Source: Balanoglossus misakiensis (Eukaryota; Animalia; Hemichordata). Taken from it: a DNA stretch of 64,000 nucleotides. The notes under the pieces were generated by a model. That model had not been told where the DNA came from, did not search any database, and was given only the letters and a program-made list of their open reading frames with translations. Below, piece after piece: positions 27,237 through 40,300 of the stretch. The position numbers and the translations under genes were made by a program. The stretch is taken from positions 2,224,699-2,288,698 of the forward strand of contig CM082581.2 of assembly GCA_040954595.2 (NCBI GenBank). The letters are read 5' to 3'. The stretch's first letter is position 1. Each line of letters opens with the position of its first letter.

Positions 27237-30200
27237 ATTTCTCGTCTGTCTTTTTTTTTTATTCAGTTTTTGAGAAGTACCGACAAACTGTCCACAATGA
27301 AGCGGTCAAATCCATGGATGATGCATTAAACGAGGTATGACATTTCACCACCCAAAAACAACTAAATAAATGTTATTTGATATTTTTATCATGCCACATT
27401 TTATCCGTGTGTTCATATAGGCCTAATACATTTTGTTTTTGAATCCAATTTCAGGAAATCGCATCGGAAGACCGCACCATTAAGCTGGGGATTGAAAATA
27501 TGAGCGATGCACGACACGGTACATGAAAGAATGCACAAAACTCTGACATAGTTGTACTTGGTGACATGTATGTAACAACTTTTCGTTAGAAATAACATTT
27601 TTCATCTCTATGGCAATGATGGTTATATGTATGGTAATGTGTTACCCTTACACGCACTCAATCGCATCGCTATTTCTGTCGACAGTGAGTATTGTGTTTG
27701 GCATCAACACACTTCTCCGAACTGACATGCCACATGCTTTGACGTATACTGTTATTGTAATATATGGCAATTTTGGATTAAATTCGAATAACTTTATTTG
27801 TAACTATTTTTCTTTGTTTTCGAACCCATAAGTGCATCCATAAGAAGTTGGTCAGGAAGCACGATGACCCGTGTTCCCAAAGACACGAGATGGTTGGGAT
27901 CAGGCGATTTTATAACTGGGCTGATGAAAAAGGTAAAACATAGTATTAACACGGTGCTTTCCCATCAGTATCAGTAAAATCCTTGCTAAATGTTTTTACA
28001 AAACTTGAGGCATGTACATGGACCACATATAAAACGATAATTATAATTCTATGCAAGAAAATATGTCACGCTGACAACCGGCTATTGCAAATGATTACAT
28101 TTACAGGGGTTCCAATTTTAGTTCATGGCCACGACAACAACGCGTCTGTAAACAAATTCCTGCGAGAGGAAAGGCCAGATACCATCAGCAGCAACGACAC
28201 ATGACATGGTAAGGCTTCATTCTTACTTGACAGGGGAAGGTGTAGCAGCAAAAACACTCCAATTTAGTACATGTACATAAGGACGTCACATACATTTTTA
28301 GCTGACGACTTTTGATCATCTGTAAACTTATAATTTGAAAGTGAATATGTGTATTCAGGTTTGTTTTCAAGGCAGAGTTGCATCAATCCAGGCACCATTA
28401 ATTGATTCTGTTTCATCGTGTACACGTAGGCGAGGAGCTGTAACATCAATGCTTGTTTTTATTTTACAGTTACCAAGGCAATAGGCCGAGAGATGAAACG
28501 AGTAACCACGGGGACACAACGAAACATGAACGTAACCTGGCACCCTGAACTTGCAGATAAAGGTAAAATCACACACATTTTATGTTTTCTCAATCGCAAT
28601 GTTAAGTTTTCACTTTTGGTCAGGTATCTGTGGTTACGAGTTTCTGTTTCATGTTCAGTTTTATGCGTTGAATATTTTTTTTCCTCTTATGCAGCTTTGA
28701 AAATGGAGATATTAAACGTAAAGCCATTTCGTTTGTGATAACAATTATTACAAATTCAACCATGTGTTCACCTCTCCACAGGGGCCAATGTAAAGACACA
28801 TTGCTACTGGGCCATGACACGGGCAAAACAACACCTTCTGGACAATGGCAACACAACCCGGGCACGAACCGAAGCAGCGGCGCTAATCCGAAAAAAATTA
28901 GACAATATTGTCGCTCATTATCAGGTAATTACCTTTGAATGAAACAAAAATAACTTTTTTGATTAAATAAAATAGTTGAAAATGTAACCATCGCCATCAC
29001 ACATTCTTTTAAAGTTATCTGTGGATGCCAACATCAGGACAAAACCGTGACTGTGCTTCTTAAATTCCATCAAATAGACGGTACATGTTATCTTTTCGAT
29101 CTGTAGGATAATCACGCTGGGTGTGACCCAAAATCGAGGTGTCGGAATAGCGCGAATTACGAAGCATCGTTCCGCCCAATCAGGCAATCGAAAGCAGCTG
29201 ACCTCCTGAGGCATGCAGTTAGAAAGACGCAGCTGTACAAGAAGCCAGAGAATTATGTTGATGTGAGTTTTTTAAGTATTACATAGCATGAGGTAAATGT
29301 AGGTGTGCTTAGCTATGTGTATTGAATGACAATGTTTAGCTTGAAACACGATTTCAGAATACAGGTACATGTAGTTACAATGTGCAGTGTTTGAACACCA
29401 CCATGCAGCAGATAGAGCATAGCAGTATTTCTCTCAGGCTTTCTTGTACCGAGATTATGCTGTAGTTTTTGTCAGCTATATGCAGACACGATTATGGAAA
29501 ACCAAAGTCTCTACTCTTTGTAAAGATTTTATTTTATTTTCCATTCTAGTGTAAAGACACACACTATGTTGAGAGCTTCAACAATGTTGCGCATCTCATT
29601 AAAAAAAAACTCCTATAAATTCAGGAGTGATCTCACCTGTCTGGACTGGGTAAGTTTTATTTTATTTCCGAGTGTGTTCATGTTTTCCCCATGATAATTT
29701 ACAATGTTTCTGTGCAAGCTTATCACTGACAAAACAATAAAATATGACGCAGAAGCGAAAGTTGTGTCAACCAATACCAGGAAGAGTCGGCGAGGAAGGC
29801 AGTACAGGAGGAGGTCTGAGCGCAGGGTATTGACGGAAAAAACACGTCGTTGGAGGACCAATGTGTGGAGGCGTTTTGTCGAAGAAGTTTGTAGTGCCTC
29901 TCTGTAGAAACCCAGAGACGTATGCTCTAGTGCATACACATACCAAACGGCCCTTATCAGGGCCACCACATCCTTCAAAAAGAGAACTACCGTAATCACC
30001 AAAACACTTCGTAATAAAAAATTAAAAAGAAATGCACAAATCATTACACAGGCACACATACTCACATATAAAAGTGAATAAAGAAGTACACTACACACCC
30101 GAGGATATGACTTTGGTGTTATTTTAATGTACCATTCATTTTTGTCAAAAACAATCACCACTCAAAGAAAACTGCCAAAAATAAAGATGTATCGCATTAT

Positions 30201-32324
30201 AATATGTACAATAATGTCGTCTCTTAAAAAACCTTAAACGGACTCTTGACTTCAGTGATGCCCGGATTTGATGAAATATCGAAACGTACGGAAACGCAGA
30301 AAGTCAGTCAAAGAATTGTTTTGCTATCAATCACGTGATCTGGCCATGTGACCCACGGCGTTGTCATTTCCAAGTGACGGGCAAGCAATATTTCGCCATT
30401 CAGTAAAAGATTTTTCCAAGTATGTTTTTATTTTAAAAACCGCCAGACACGTACCATGTATCAGGTATAATGCCTCCACGCTATTGAAGTTGCCCGTCAT
30501 CTGGATATTTGAATGCTAACGTAACTGTGCCTGAGCGTGCGTGCTGCTGTACACGGGCGCGACAGCTTCACAGTGCAAATAGCCGCGCCTATAGGCCCAT
30601 GTCGCAATAGCAATAGATAGGACTTTCTACCTGCAAATCATGACGCACCAAGTATCAAGACATGCTGCCAATCATTTATAGTTTTGGTAATTCGACTTGT
30701 ATTCCTTTCATGTGGAATTTTCGACAAGCATCTGAGCTCCCTTCAAAAATTACCGACGCCACGATCGCGATTGTCAGCAATTAAAACAATGCGGACATTT
30801 TCGCATCGTTCATTTCCGGGGATCAGTCTAGCTTGAACTGGGTTTGTATCGATGTCGATCTATAAACTTGATGATCGCGAATTCAGACATTTCAACGCCT
30901 ATTTTGAGTAGCGATCCGCTCTCAAGTTGATAGGAAAATTATAGACAGGCGTGTGCCGAGCCGCCCCAGCCGTGCGCAAGTGGATTGACCGACGCGTGGT
31001 ACGGTAGCCGGTCATGCATGCAGGATGACTGTTTTGCATGCTGCCGGCTGCGCCTCCAATCACAATTGCTTGAGGTCAAAGTCTTCATCAAGACGGTCCT
31101 GCCTCGCAGGACAAATGCAAGTAAGAATCAATACACGCTGATTTCAGATCATAGTGAGGTGAATACAGCTTCTTTGTGCGAGATTGCGTTGTAGGGCTTA
31201 CTTTACAGAGCATTGTCCGAAGTTTCGCGATCGCATTCCAGAGCTTGCACCTGTGCGCGCTTGGGAGAATTGAGCGTCGAAGTGGTTAGAGCGATCGGCC
31301 TCTTGCTTTCCAGTTGACCGTAAACAGTCTCTACTGTACTCGTGTGCAGCTAGACCATGGCACGGCCGTTATCGTTATCTGTAATACCTAGCACCCTTTA
31401 TAGGATTAGCTAAGGTGGTAAACTGTTGTGATTGGAGTGTGTTTTTAACGTACTGTAGGTTAAACATCGCAACTAGCCTAATGTTTGACTAGGAGGAGCA
31501 CCTACTAATGCGAAAACCAGGGATTGAAAATTGCCCCTTTAAACATCGACAGACAAATGACACATTTTTCCCCCTTTATTTTGTAGAACAGAAGTAAAAT
31601 GTTCTTGGAGAAGCAAATTTAAATTGTTTTGTGTTCTTTTCACAATTTTAGAACAATGAAATATGACGACAAGTTGACTGTAGAAACGGAAGGTTTGGGG
31701 TACTTTAGGCACATCACAGATAAATAAACACGAAACGCATTAATTTTTCAGCTGGAAAACTAAAGCCCTAGGCCTGCCCATCAGTTTCCTCCCATAGACA
31801 ACCTTCACAATGGGACACCATCCCTGTTTCGTTCAGGAATCTCCCTGGGTTACCTCCAGGGGACGTATAGAATGCATTAGTGACAATTAAAACGCCATCG
31901 ACTTTATCATGTATTATTTTGTAATATTTTCACGGAATCTGAGATTGAAAATTAAGTATTCCAACCATCAGCAATAATTTACTTTCAAAAAATCTAACCG
32001 TTGAGAGCTATTTATAGAATAGAGTAATTTTGACATTAAGGCGGAACCCTGTTGTTGAGTATTAAGATTTAATTTTAATTTTTCGATTAGTGATCTATTT
32101 CTTATGCATGAATGAAAAAAAATAATTGACAGATCTCAGTCTTACAGATGTTTATTTTATCACCATGGTAACAACTTCTTATCGGTATATAGAGGGTTGT
32201 TTGTCTCGTATCGCGCTACTGATATTGAAAAGTAACCTTCCTAATTTCAACAAGCTGTAAATTTTATAGACGTGTAACTCGTGCTCATTTTCTTCTTCTT
32301 CTTCTTCTTTTTAATTTCTGTGCC

Positions 32325-32480
32325 GACGGCTTCAGTGCCCAACGTTCGATTCTGGCAGGTGGTTTCGAAATTGGATTGTTGTATATGTGGACCAACGGCT
32401 TGTGGTCTGTCACAATGGTGAATTTCTGACCATATACATACAAGTGGAATCGTTCGCATGCCCATACAACGGCAAGGCCG
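32325..32480 (-). mobile_element. Gypsy LTR retrotransposon RNase H fragment
   Basis: LAVVWACERFHLYVYGQKFTIVTDHKPL..PPARIERWAL, followed by a (CTT)n run. Confidence 0.85.
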
Positions 32481-35424
32481 GGATCCAGCCGGGATCGAGC
32501 ATTAAACATGAAGCAGACGACAAAAAGTGACAAGACGGGCATCGCGCGTGGCAAAGTGAAAAATATTTCCGCAGAGCAATTTCAAAATAAAACGTCCGTT
32601 AATTCAACAGTATTGTTGTTTTATTTATTTGGTTTAAACACGCGCGACTGTGGTTTTTGCTGCCATATGCTAGTTCAGCAGGGGCCCGTTTTAGCTCTGC
32701 CAGCAGTGCATTATGAGTATTTTAGCATCGCTGGATTGAGCTCTCGTCCAATCAGAATTGCGGACGGTAGCATGATATAATATAATACTGTATATATACC
32801 ATTTATATATTTGCGACAAAATTATGGTCATATATTGCCAAAGAAAACAATGGATTTCAAATAGAATTGTTTTATCAAATTCTGGATATATTTATTATTT
32901 AGCAGCATTCAAAAATGGCTAACGATGCAGTTTTTAATTTATTAAATTCATCCATATCAAACACAGAAATGTTGTCTACCTAGGATAGGATGACTAGAAC
33001 AATCATCTATACAAAGTCAGTCCCCCCAGATCAAATGAGAATAAAAAGTGCCTTGCTCAAGGGCACAAAATCATTGAAGTTTATGCCATTTCCACTCAAG
33101 TTGGACTGGAAGTCAAATATGAAGACATTTGTTGGAATTTCTCTTATCTCATATACTTATCTGCATTCTGATTGTGAGCTGATATGTTATGAGGGATTTT
33201 ATTCTGAAATTGTTCTTTTTGGTGCTATGGTCTATTTATTTCCTAAGTGTCACATTCCACTGGAATGAATTGTCTCTCCCATCAGAAAACAGCATCTAGA
33301 CCCCCCTGGGGATACCAAATGATGACTCCCTGAGTACTTAACTCACTCCAAAATAAAATCAACCCAGTGCCAATTCTTCAAACATTTCAAGTAAAATTTG
33401 CCTGATAGAAGTTTCTCTTGATGAAAATCACTTGTGACTCTGAAGTGTTGCACAGAAAAGAACTTGTTTCTTTTTTTCTTTCTTCAAAGGGTGGAAAGTG
33501 TACCAGTCACAAATCAACGTCGTAACCAGGGTAACTACCAATTTCATGTCAAAGTTCATACATGGTATCCTCTGCTCGCATTAATAGCGATGTTTTGGGC
33601 GATTTCTGAGGGAGACTACACTTTCTACATGCTCAATCATGAAGGTAGCTGTGTTGTGATTGGTTATCTACACATTTGTCTCAGTCAGCAACCAATCAAA
33701 GCACAGCTTACTTTCCAGTAGTTGAGTGAAAAAAAAATTCATTAAGTTGGTTATTTTCACAAAGATCAGTCCTCCAAACTCTTCCATGTTTTTGTATTAA
33801 AGTGTATATGAAGTCGATTTGAAAAAAAAAAGATTTTCATCACCTTGGTTTCATAAAAAAATAAACAATGTTCACCATGGAGTTATAGCGGCCATTTTGA
33901 ATTTCAAATTTGAGACAATTTTTGTCATTCAAATTTTTACGGTGAATAATTAATCTGTATTCTTTGTTTTAAGCAAGAATAATCTAAAGTTGTATTGAGG
34001 AGAATATGACTGATTTTGAAGGTGCACATTAAAACCAAACATGAGAAGCAGTAGGAATAGTTCATGTCTTGTATTGCAATAATTTGGCAGCCCGTGTTCA
34101 ACTTGGGGGGTGGGGGTGGGGGGGGGGGGAATGCTAACAATGGACACACATATACACAAAAGATTGCAAAAGTAAAAGATTTATTTTGAACACATCGAGG
34201 ATTTTAAAAACCTATAAAGAATCTTTCTGGCTGTGAAGAAGCAGTAAATAATTCATTTTTCAAGTCCTCATGAAAAAGAACTGTAAAACTGCAGTTATGG
34301 AAACTGCATTGCAAGGATTGGTAACAGATAATATTCATATCCAAGATGAGGTCATACATGGAATAACATTTAAAGGGACAAAATCTCTCTCTTGCTGCCA
34401 TTTTTCTGTTAATTATGTTTGATACAAGACTGTGGATATATAGTGAATCAACGTTCGACCACCCACAACTTCCATCCCACTTGTAGACACGAGAGTAAAA
34501 CACTCGTCAAAATGAATAATCGGTCTCTACCGTTTATTCATTTTGGCGAGATTTTTACTCTTATATCCTTTAAACAGGCATAATTTTGAATGATAAAGCG
34601 AAACTGATTCAAATTTTAAAATCAAGATGGCCACCATTCAATGTGTATTGAGAAAATTTGAAGTATTTTTATTTTTGAGAAAGCAAATTTTTTTCTGTTT
34701 TCAAAGTGACTCTTCCCACATTTTAATACTAAAAATATAAAGATATGTCGACCACCTAAATAGCATGTCTGCAAAATGTGAATGGTGATGTCTGTATTAG
34801 TTTATAATTCAAAATTAAGAAAATAGTTTCTCAATCCTAATATGAATGATCTTGAAGTGACAACTTGTGTACATAGAAAAAAGATGTTGAGAGTGTGTTC
34901 AATGTAATTGAAAGCAAGAAGTGTATGACAACCTCTCTTAAATTGCATATTCTTGGTTAGTCATTTGCTTTTGGGAAATAGTACACATCAAAACTGAAGT
35001 CCAGAACATTACACAAAATCATTGTGAACATGTTCTTAACAAGTGTTTCAGATTTCTGCTTAAACTTATTGGAATTATTGTTAGTGCAATTTGAAACAAA
35101 CTAACTCTTTACAAACTAATTTGGCTTTACAAATCAGAGACATTGTATACTGACAGGATATGTATGTTTCAGCTTTTTTGGCTCAAAATGAACATCTGCA
35201 AAACATAGAGTGAATTTCCTAAATCTGTCAACAAACAAAAGTAATGTTTCTACTGAAGATATTGATGATCAGGATTAAAAATATTACTGTACAGCTTTTT
35301 GGTGAAAACAATAATTTGAATAAAAAATGTTGCAACAAATCACAAAAATAGCGTCAAGGACACTGTGGTCCCATTTGAGGATTATGCGGAAACAGTGACA
35401 CACCAGAATAAAAATTACAGGTGA

Positions 35425-36720
35425 CATTGCAAGCAGATCTGCAAACAGCAATATCGGGCCTAAGCCAACATAGCACATAGCAACATAGCAATAAGCATAT
35501 CTGCTCTGGATGCCAAGATATGGAAAAGTAGGTCAAAGGTCACCTGAGGTTATGCAAAATTTGAGCAAGAAATTTTGACCCTATACTGGTCCATGTTCAA
35601 CAAAAACCAAACCTATAGCCCTATTGGTTAGCCTGGAATTAGGTATGCACATAATTAATGAGACATGCAGGTGTCACAGGTGACCCCAAATTTTGGCTTT
35701 TCAATTTTAGTCCCAACCCTCCAAACGCCAAGTCTGTACCTGCTCTGGATGCCAAGATATGATAAAGTAGGTCAAAGGTCACCTGAGGTCATGCAAAATT
35801 TGGGCAAGAAATTTTGACCCTATACTGGTCCAGGTTCAACAAAAACCAAACCTATAGCCCTATTGGTTAGCCTGGAATTAGGTATGCACATAATTAATGA
35901 GATATGCAGGTGTCACAGGTGACCCCCAATTTTGGCTTTTCAATTTTAGTCCCAACCCTCCAAACGCCAAGTCTGTACCTGCTCTGGATGCCAAGATATG
36001 ATAAAGTAGGTCAAAGGTCACCTGAGGTCACCCAAAATTCGGGCAAGAAATTTTGACCCTATACTGGTCCATGTCCCATAAGAACGAAACCTCTAGCCCT
36101 ATTAGTTAGCCCGGAATTAGGTATGCACATAATTAATGTGTTAAGCAGGTGTTACAGGTGAGCCCAAAATTTTGCCTTTTATTTTGGCCCCATTGTGCTC
36201 ACTGACCAATAGACAGTCACTGTACAGGACTATTGCACAGACCAGAATTCCACAATAAGACGTGGACATAGCTTAACCATAGAGGTATAAGTAAAGGTAT
36301 AAATTTAATAAAAAGACTAAAAAATTCATAAAAAATAAAACGTCGATGATATTAACTTAACACTTACAGGTCGATGTGAGGTTGACATAAGGTACATGCA
36401 TACCAATTTTTAAAGCAATCTGACGAGTAGTTGTTGACTTTCAGAGTTTTGATAAATTTCACATTTTTCCAGCTAATTTGCATATTTTTGGGCCTGGCAA
36501 CTTCGTTTGGACAAACTCCCATCTACAGCCCAGCCTGCACCTACACACCAAATATTGAGGTGATACGCGCAGCGGTTTTCAAGTTTTTGATGTGGACGGA
36601 CATACAGACATACATCCATCCATACATCCATACATCCATACATACATCCATACATACATACAGACGCAACCGATCCCATAAGGTCCCATGGTATATATGC
36701 CTATACCAATGGGACCTAAA
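35425..36720. mobile_element. Non-autonomous Helentron/Helitron2-like element with 3 x ~237-bp internal tandem repeats, (CATA)n microsatellite and terminal hairpin
   Basis: Repeats GCTCTGGATGCCAAGATAT..AGGTCAAAGGTCACCTGAGG at ~35503, 35742 and 35981; the same motif family is in the 58.3 kb and 60.5 kb inserts; hairpin AGGTCCCATGGTATA..TATACCAATGGGACCT at ~36680-36717. Confidence 0.65.
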
Positions 36721-37344
36721 AATCACTAGAATTTTTAAAAAATCAATTTTATTTTGCTATAATGGTCATTGATGTCATTAGCTGCAGTTTGTAAACTCAA
36801 CATGACAATTTCTTAGTTGTCACTTTCTCATAATTGTAATTGACTCACTTTATTTGCATGTGTCTCCATCCTGTGAAGCTGACATGACATCATGTTCCTT
36901 AGAGTGATTTAATTTGTAATTAACCATTACATACACTTCAAATAGGTCAGTATCTGCAGGATGGTCTTGTACTGTATTTGGGTAATTCACTTTCTGTTAT
37001 CTCATGCTAGATCTATGTCACAGATTCCATTCATTTATCTTTAGTTGTGTCACCTGTTGGTAGCTGTTTCTGCAATCACCATCTCCTCGTTGTACAGCCT
37101 GGTTATTGAGAAGACAGTAATGGTGGAGGGTGGTTTGGTGTATTGGCTTTGATTTCTCTGCAGGGCTTATAACAGTATGTGTGTACGGAACCTTTTCCTT
37201 GCACACACACATTACGTTACTCAGTTAAATTTCTCAGACATTGCAACAAGTTCCATGGAAATACTGCCATCGTTTGCCATACTAATCAGAAATTGATATA
37301 CTGACGTCACAATGGTCTGCTTCAGAGATGTTGATGTCATCATC

Positions 37345-40300
37345 TTAAGATGTAAGATGTAGATTAGCCATGTCACCTTCAACATCATGATGATCAGCTG
37401 ACACACCAAGTTTTCGGAACATCTCATGTATTTCTTCTCTGGCAGCGTAGACATCACAACTTTCTTGCTCAAAAATTTTAACCAGGTTGGAAAAATTGCT
37501 CTTACAGAATTTCTTATCTGCAGTTGGCTGTTGGCCTGCACGTTGTTGTCCTCCACAGCCCTTGGACCAAACAGATAAAGCATGTTGTGTTGGGGATTGA
37601 ATCAATGCACTGTATTGCCATGAATCCACCTCCATGCGAGGGATCCCCATCAAGTCTGCCATAGCCCTGTAGTCATTGCCGGATAAACGGATGATATCCA
37701 TGATATTAGAAAATATCTTGAGGGCATCCTTCAGCATCCACTTGACATCACTTTCATATCCACTGTGTCAGAGGATGGTTGTATCATACCCAGCACAAAG
37801 AAAGTCAGTAGCTGCTTCTGAAATCACCATCTCCTCGTTGTACACCTTCTCATTCCTCTCTTCTGCTTCCCGAATTTGCTTCAATGTATAGAATGTGACA
37901 TCTTCAGGGTTGCGATGGATTCGAAGAGAATCTGAACTCAACACGTGGATGTCAAGTCTTGTACCAGGACAGCAGATCTCTAACACTTCATAGACAATAT
38001 CAGTTATTGTCTCTAATAATTTGTAGCATTCGCCGATTTCCTCTTCTTTCTCTGCTCTAACACAAACATGGATAGCTCTCCAACCTTTTGTCATATACAC
38101 CAAGCCTTCTGCATTGTGACACACTTTGATGCCATTTTTCCATATACCACTTGTCCGTCGGTTGATCTTTCGGAAATGGCGTTCTATTCGGGCGTTAAGT
38201 CGGGGGGAAAATCCTGGCGAGAAACTATCAGCATCATCTCTGCATTGGAACCGTCTACCATAGTAAATCTTCTTAGTAGCATCCTGTTTCCACTGATTTG
38301 CAGGCATATCTGTGTCCAACAACTCAGGTATTACATACCCAGTTACAGTATTGGATTCAGAAATGACCTCATAGAGAAGGGCAAACTCTTTGAGAAGATT
38401 TATCAGCAAATCAATATCTGCCAGACCATGGAAAACTTCCTCAATTTCGCTTCTCATATGTAAGGACTTCCGCGGCAAGCGGTTTGCAAACTGCTCAAAT
38501 ATTTCAGGAGCCAGCATGGGACCGAATATTCTAGAACATAACCATTGGGGATCAAGAACAATGACGTCATCTGAATCTGGTAGGGTACTCTCGATTTGGA
38601 ACATCTGTGAATAAACAATGGGGAAAAATACTTATGTTTTGAGACATTTATTCAAATGAAATTGTGCATATATCTTAGTGACACACATACCAGTATGTAG
38701 ATGTGTGCATGGCTGATCATACATAGGGAAACCGCGAAACCCAGGCCAAGTCTAGCCTTGCCTGGCCAAACCATCTCGGCTATAGTGATCGAAAAAAAAC
38801 TCATCAACGCCACAATATTGCCACTGGTGATTTAGGAACAATGTCAAGGCTATACCCACACTAGTGACACACATGGACCACAAAAACATGTTTATAGCAG
38901 AGGGCCTTTTCTGGGTTTTTTTCTCAGTCTTGAATCCCTGTCTAGATCCTCAGCAAAAGGCTCTGTCAAGCCTTTCACCCCCAGATCCCTCTTAAGAGAA
39001 CCCAGCCTGTGATTGGAACTGCGCTGAGTACTACAGCTGGCCTTCAAGGCACAAGACCGCGGCGTGTATGTACACTTTTCGTGTCCCGGCTGAATCCAGC
39101 AACAACATGTGAAAATGTTGAGCGCTATGCTGCGGACAAATTTGATGTAGGTGTGAACTGTACAAAACTGAAAACAAAGTATGATATGTATGCTTCTTTT
39201 ATGGTTGAATTATCTGATGTAGACATTAGAGTTGCCATTGATCCTGTAAATTGGCCTCAGGATACTCTTGTAAGAAAATACTATAAATCTCAGACGCCAT
39301 GACAAAACGCAAAAATAGTTTACGGATTGTGTCATTTAACTGTCGCTCTGTGAAATCAAGCTTTCATTCTGTGTATGAATTGTGTGAAACCCATGATATC
39401 TGTCTTTTACAAGAACACTGGCTTGCTAAGGAAGAGCTGTCAATTTTACATGACATACATCTGGATTTTATGTCATTCGGAGTATCTGCTTTTGATTCGT
39501 CTGAACTCCGTATTGGTAGACCGTACGGGGGGGGGGGGGTTGCAATTCTTTGGCGTAGATCGCTTGGCAAACTTGCCAGTATTGTTGAGTTTGCTGATAG
39601 TCGCTTGCTTGGTTTAGTTTTAGAAAATGATACTGACAAACTTGTTATTGTAAACTGTTATTTGCCCACCAATACTAATGATAATTTTGAAGTGTTCAGT
39701 GAGTACTTGGCGAAAATCAATTCCATTGTTTCTGATATTAACACTGGGAATGTCTTTTTTATTGGTGACGGGAATGCTGATGTAACTACTGATACAGGCT
39801 TTGGCCGTGAGTTGATGGAGCATTGTGAGCAATTTGGTTACATCGTTTCTGATGTTGAGCTGCTAGGCAGGGATTCTGGTACGTTTACTTAGATTAGCGA
39901 TGCTCATGGCAGTACTTCATGGATTGACCACTGTGTTACCACTGAAGTTTCTCATAGCAATGTTCTTTCAATTTCGAGCCTTTGCAATGTTGTTGACTCC
40001 GACCATATTCCTGTTTCAATAGAGGTTCATTTCAACACTTCTGCTGATGAAAGCTTCAGCAGTAGTTCCTTCAAGCAATGTAATTTTCGAGTTGATTGGA
40101 AAAAATTGTCACAGCAGAATATATCCGCCTACACCCTTGTACCAAAGCCAAGATTGATAAGATTAATTTATCCGAACAGTTATTCTGCACTAATGTGAAC
40201 TGTACAGACCCTTCGCATTTACAGGCAATTGATACTTGTTATAGTAGTATTGTGGACGCATTGAATTGTGCTGCAAAATATACCATTAGGCGTAAGTTTC

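Larger units (their letters stand above)
21664..29907 (+). pseudogene. Multi-exon Kolobok (KolobokP-like) transposase, disrupted; hosts a Sola2 element in an intron
   Basis: About 10 exons with GT-AG edges: C.EDHGFNWNSSPYL..VNYR, HDDPCSQRHE, HGHDNNASV, NDT*HG (TGG>TGA at 28202), WHPELADK, KTHCYWAM, DNIVAHYQ|DNHAGC, CKDTHYVESFNN. Frameshift near 21990. Confidence 0.75.
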
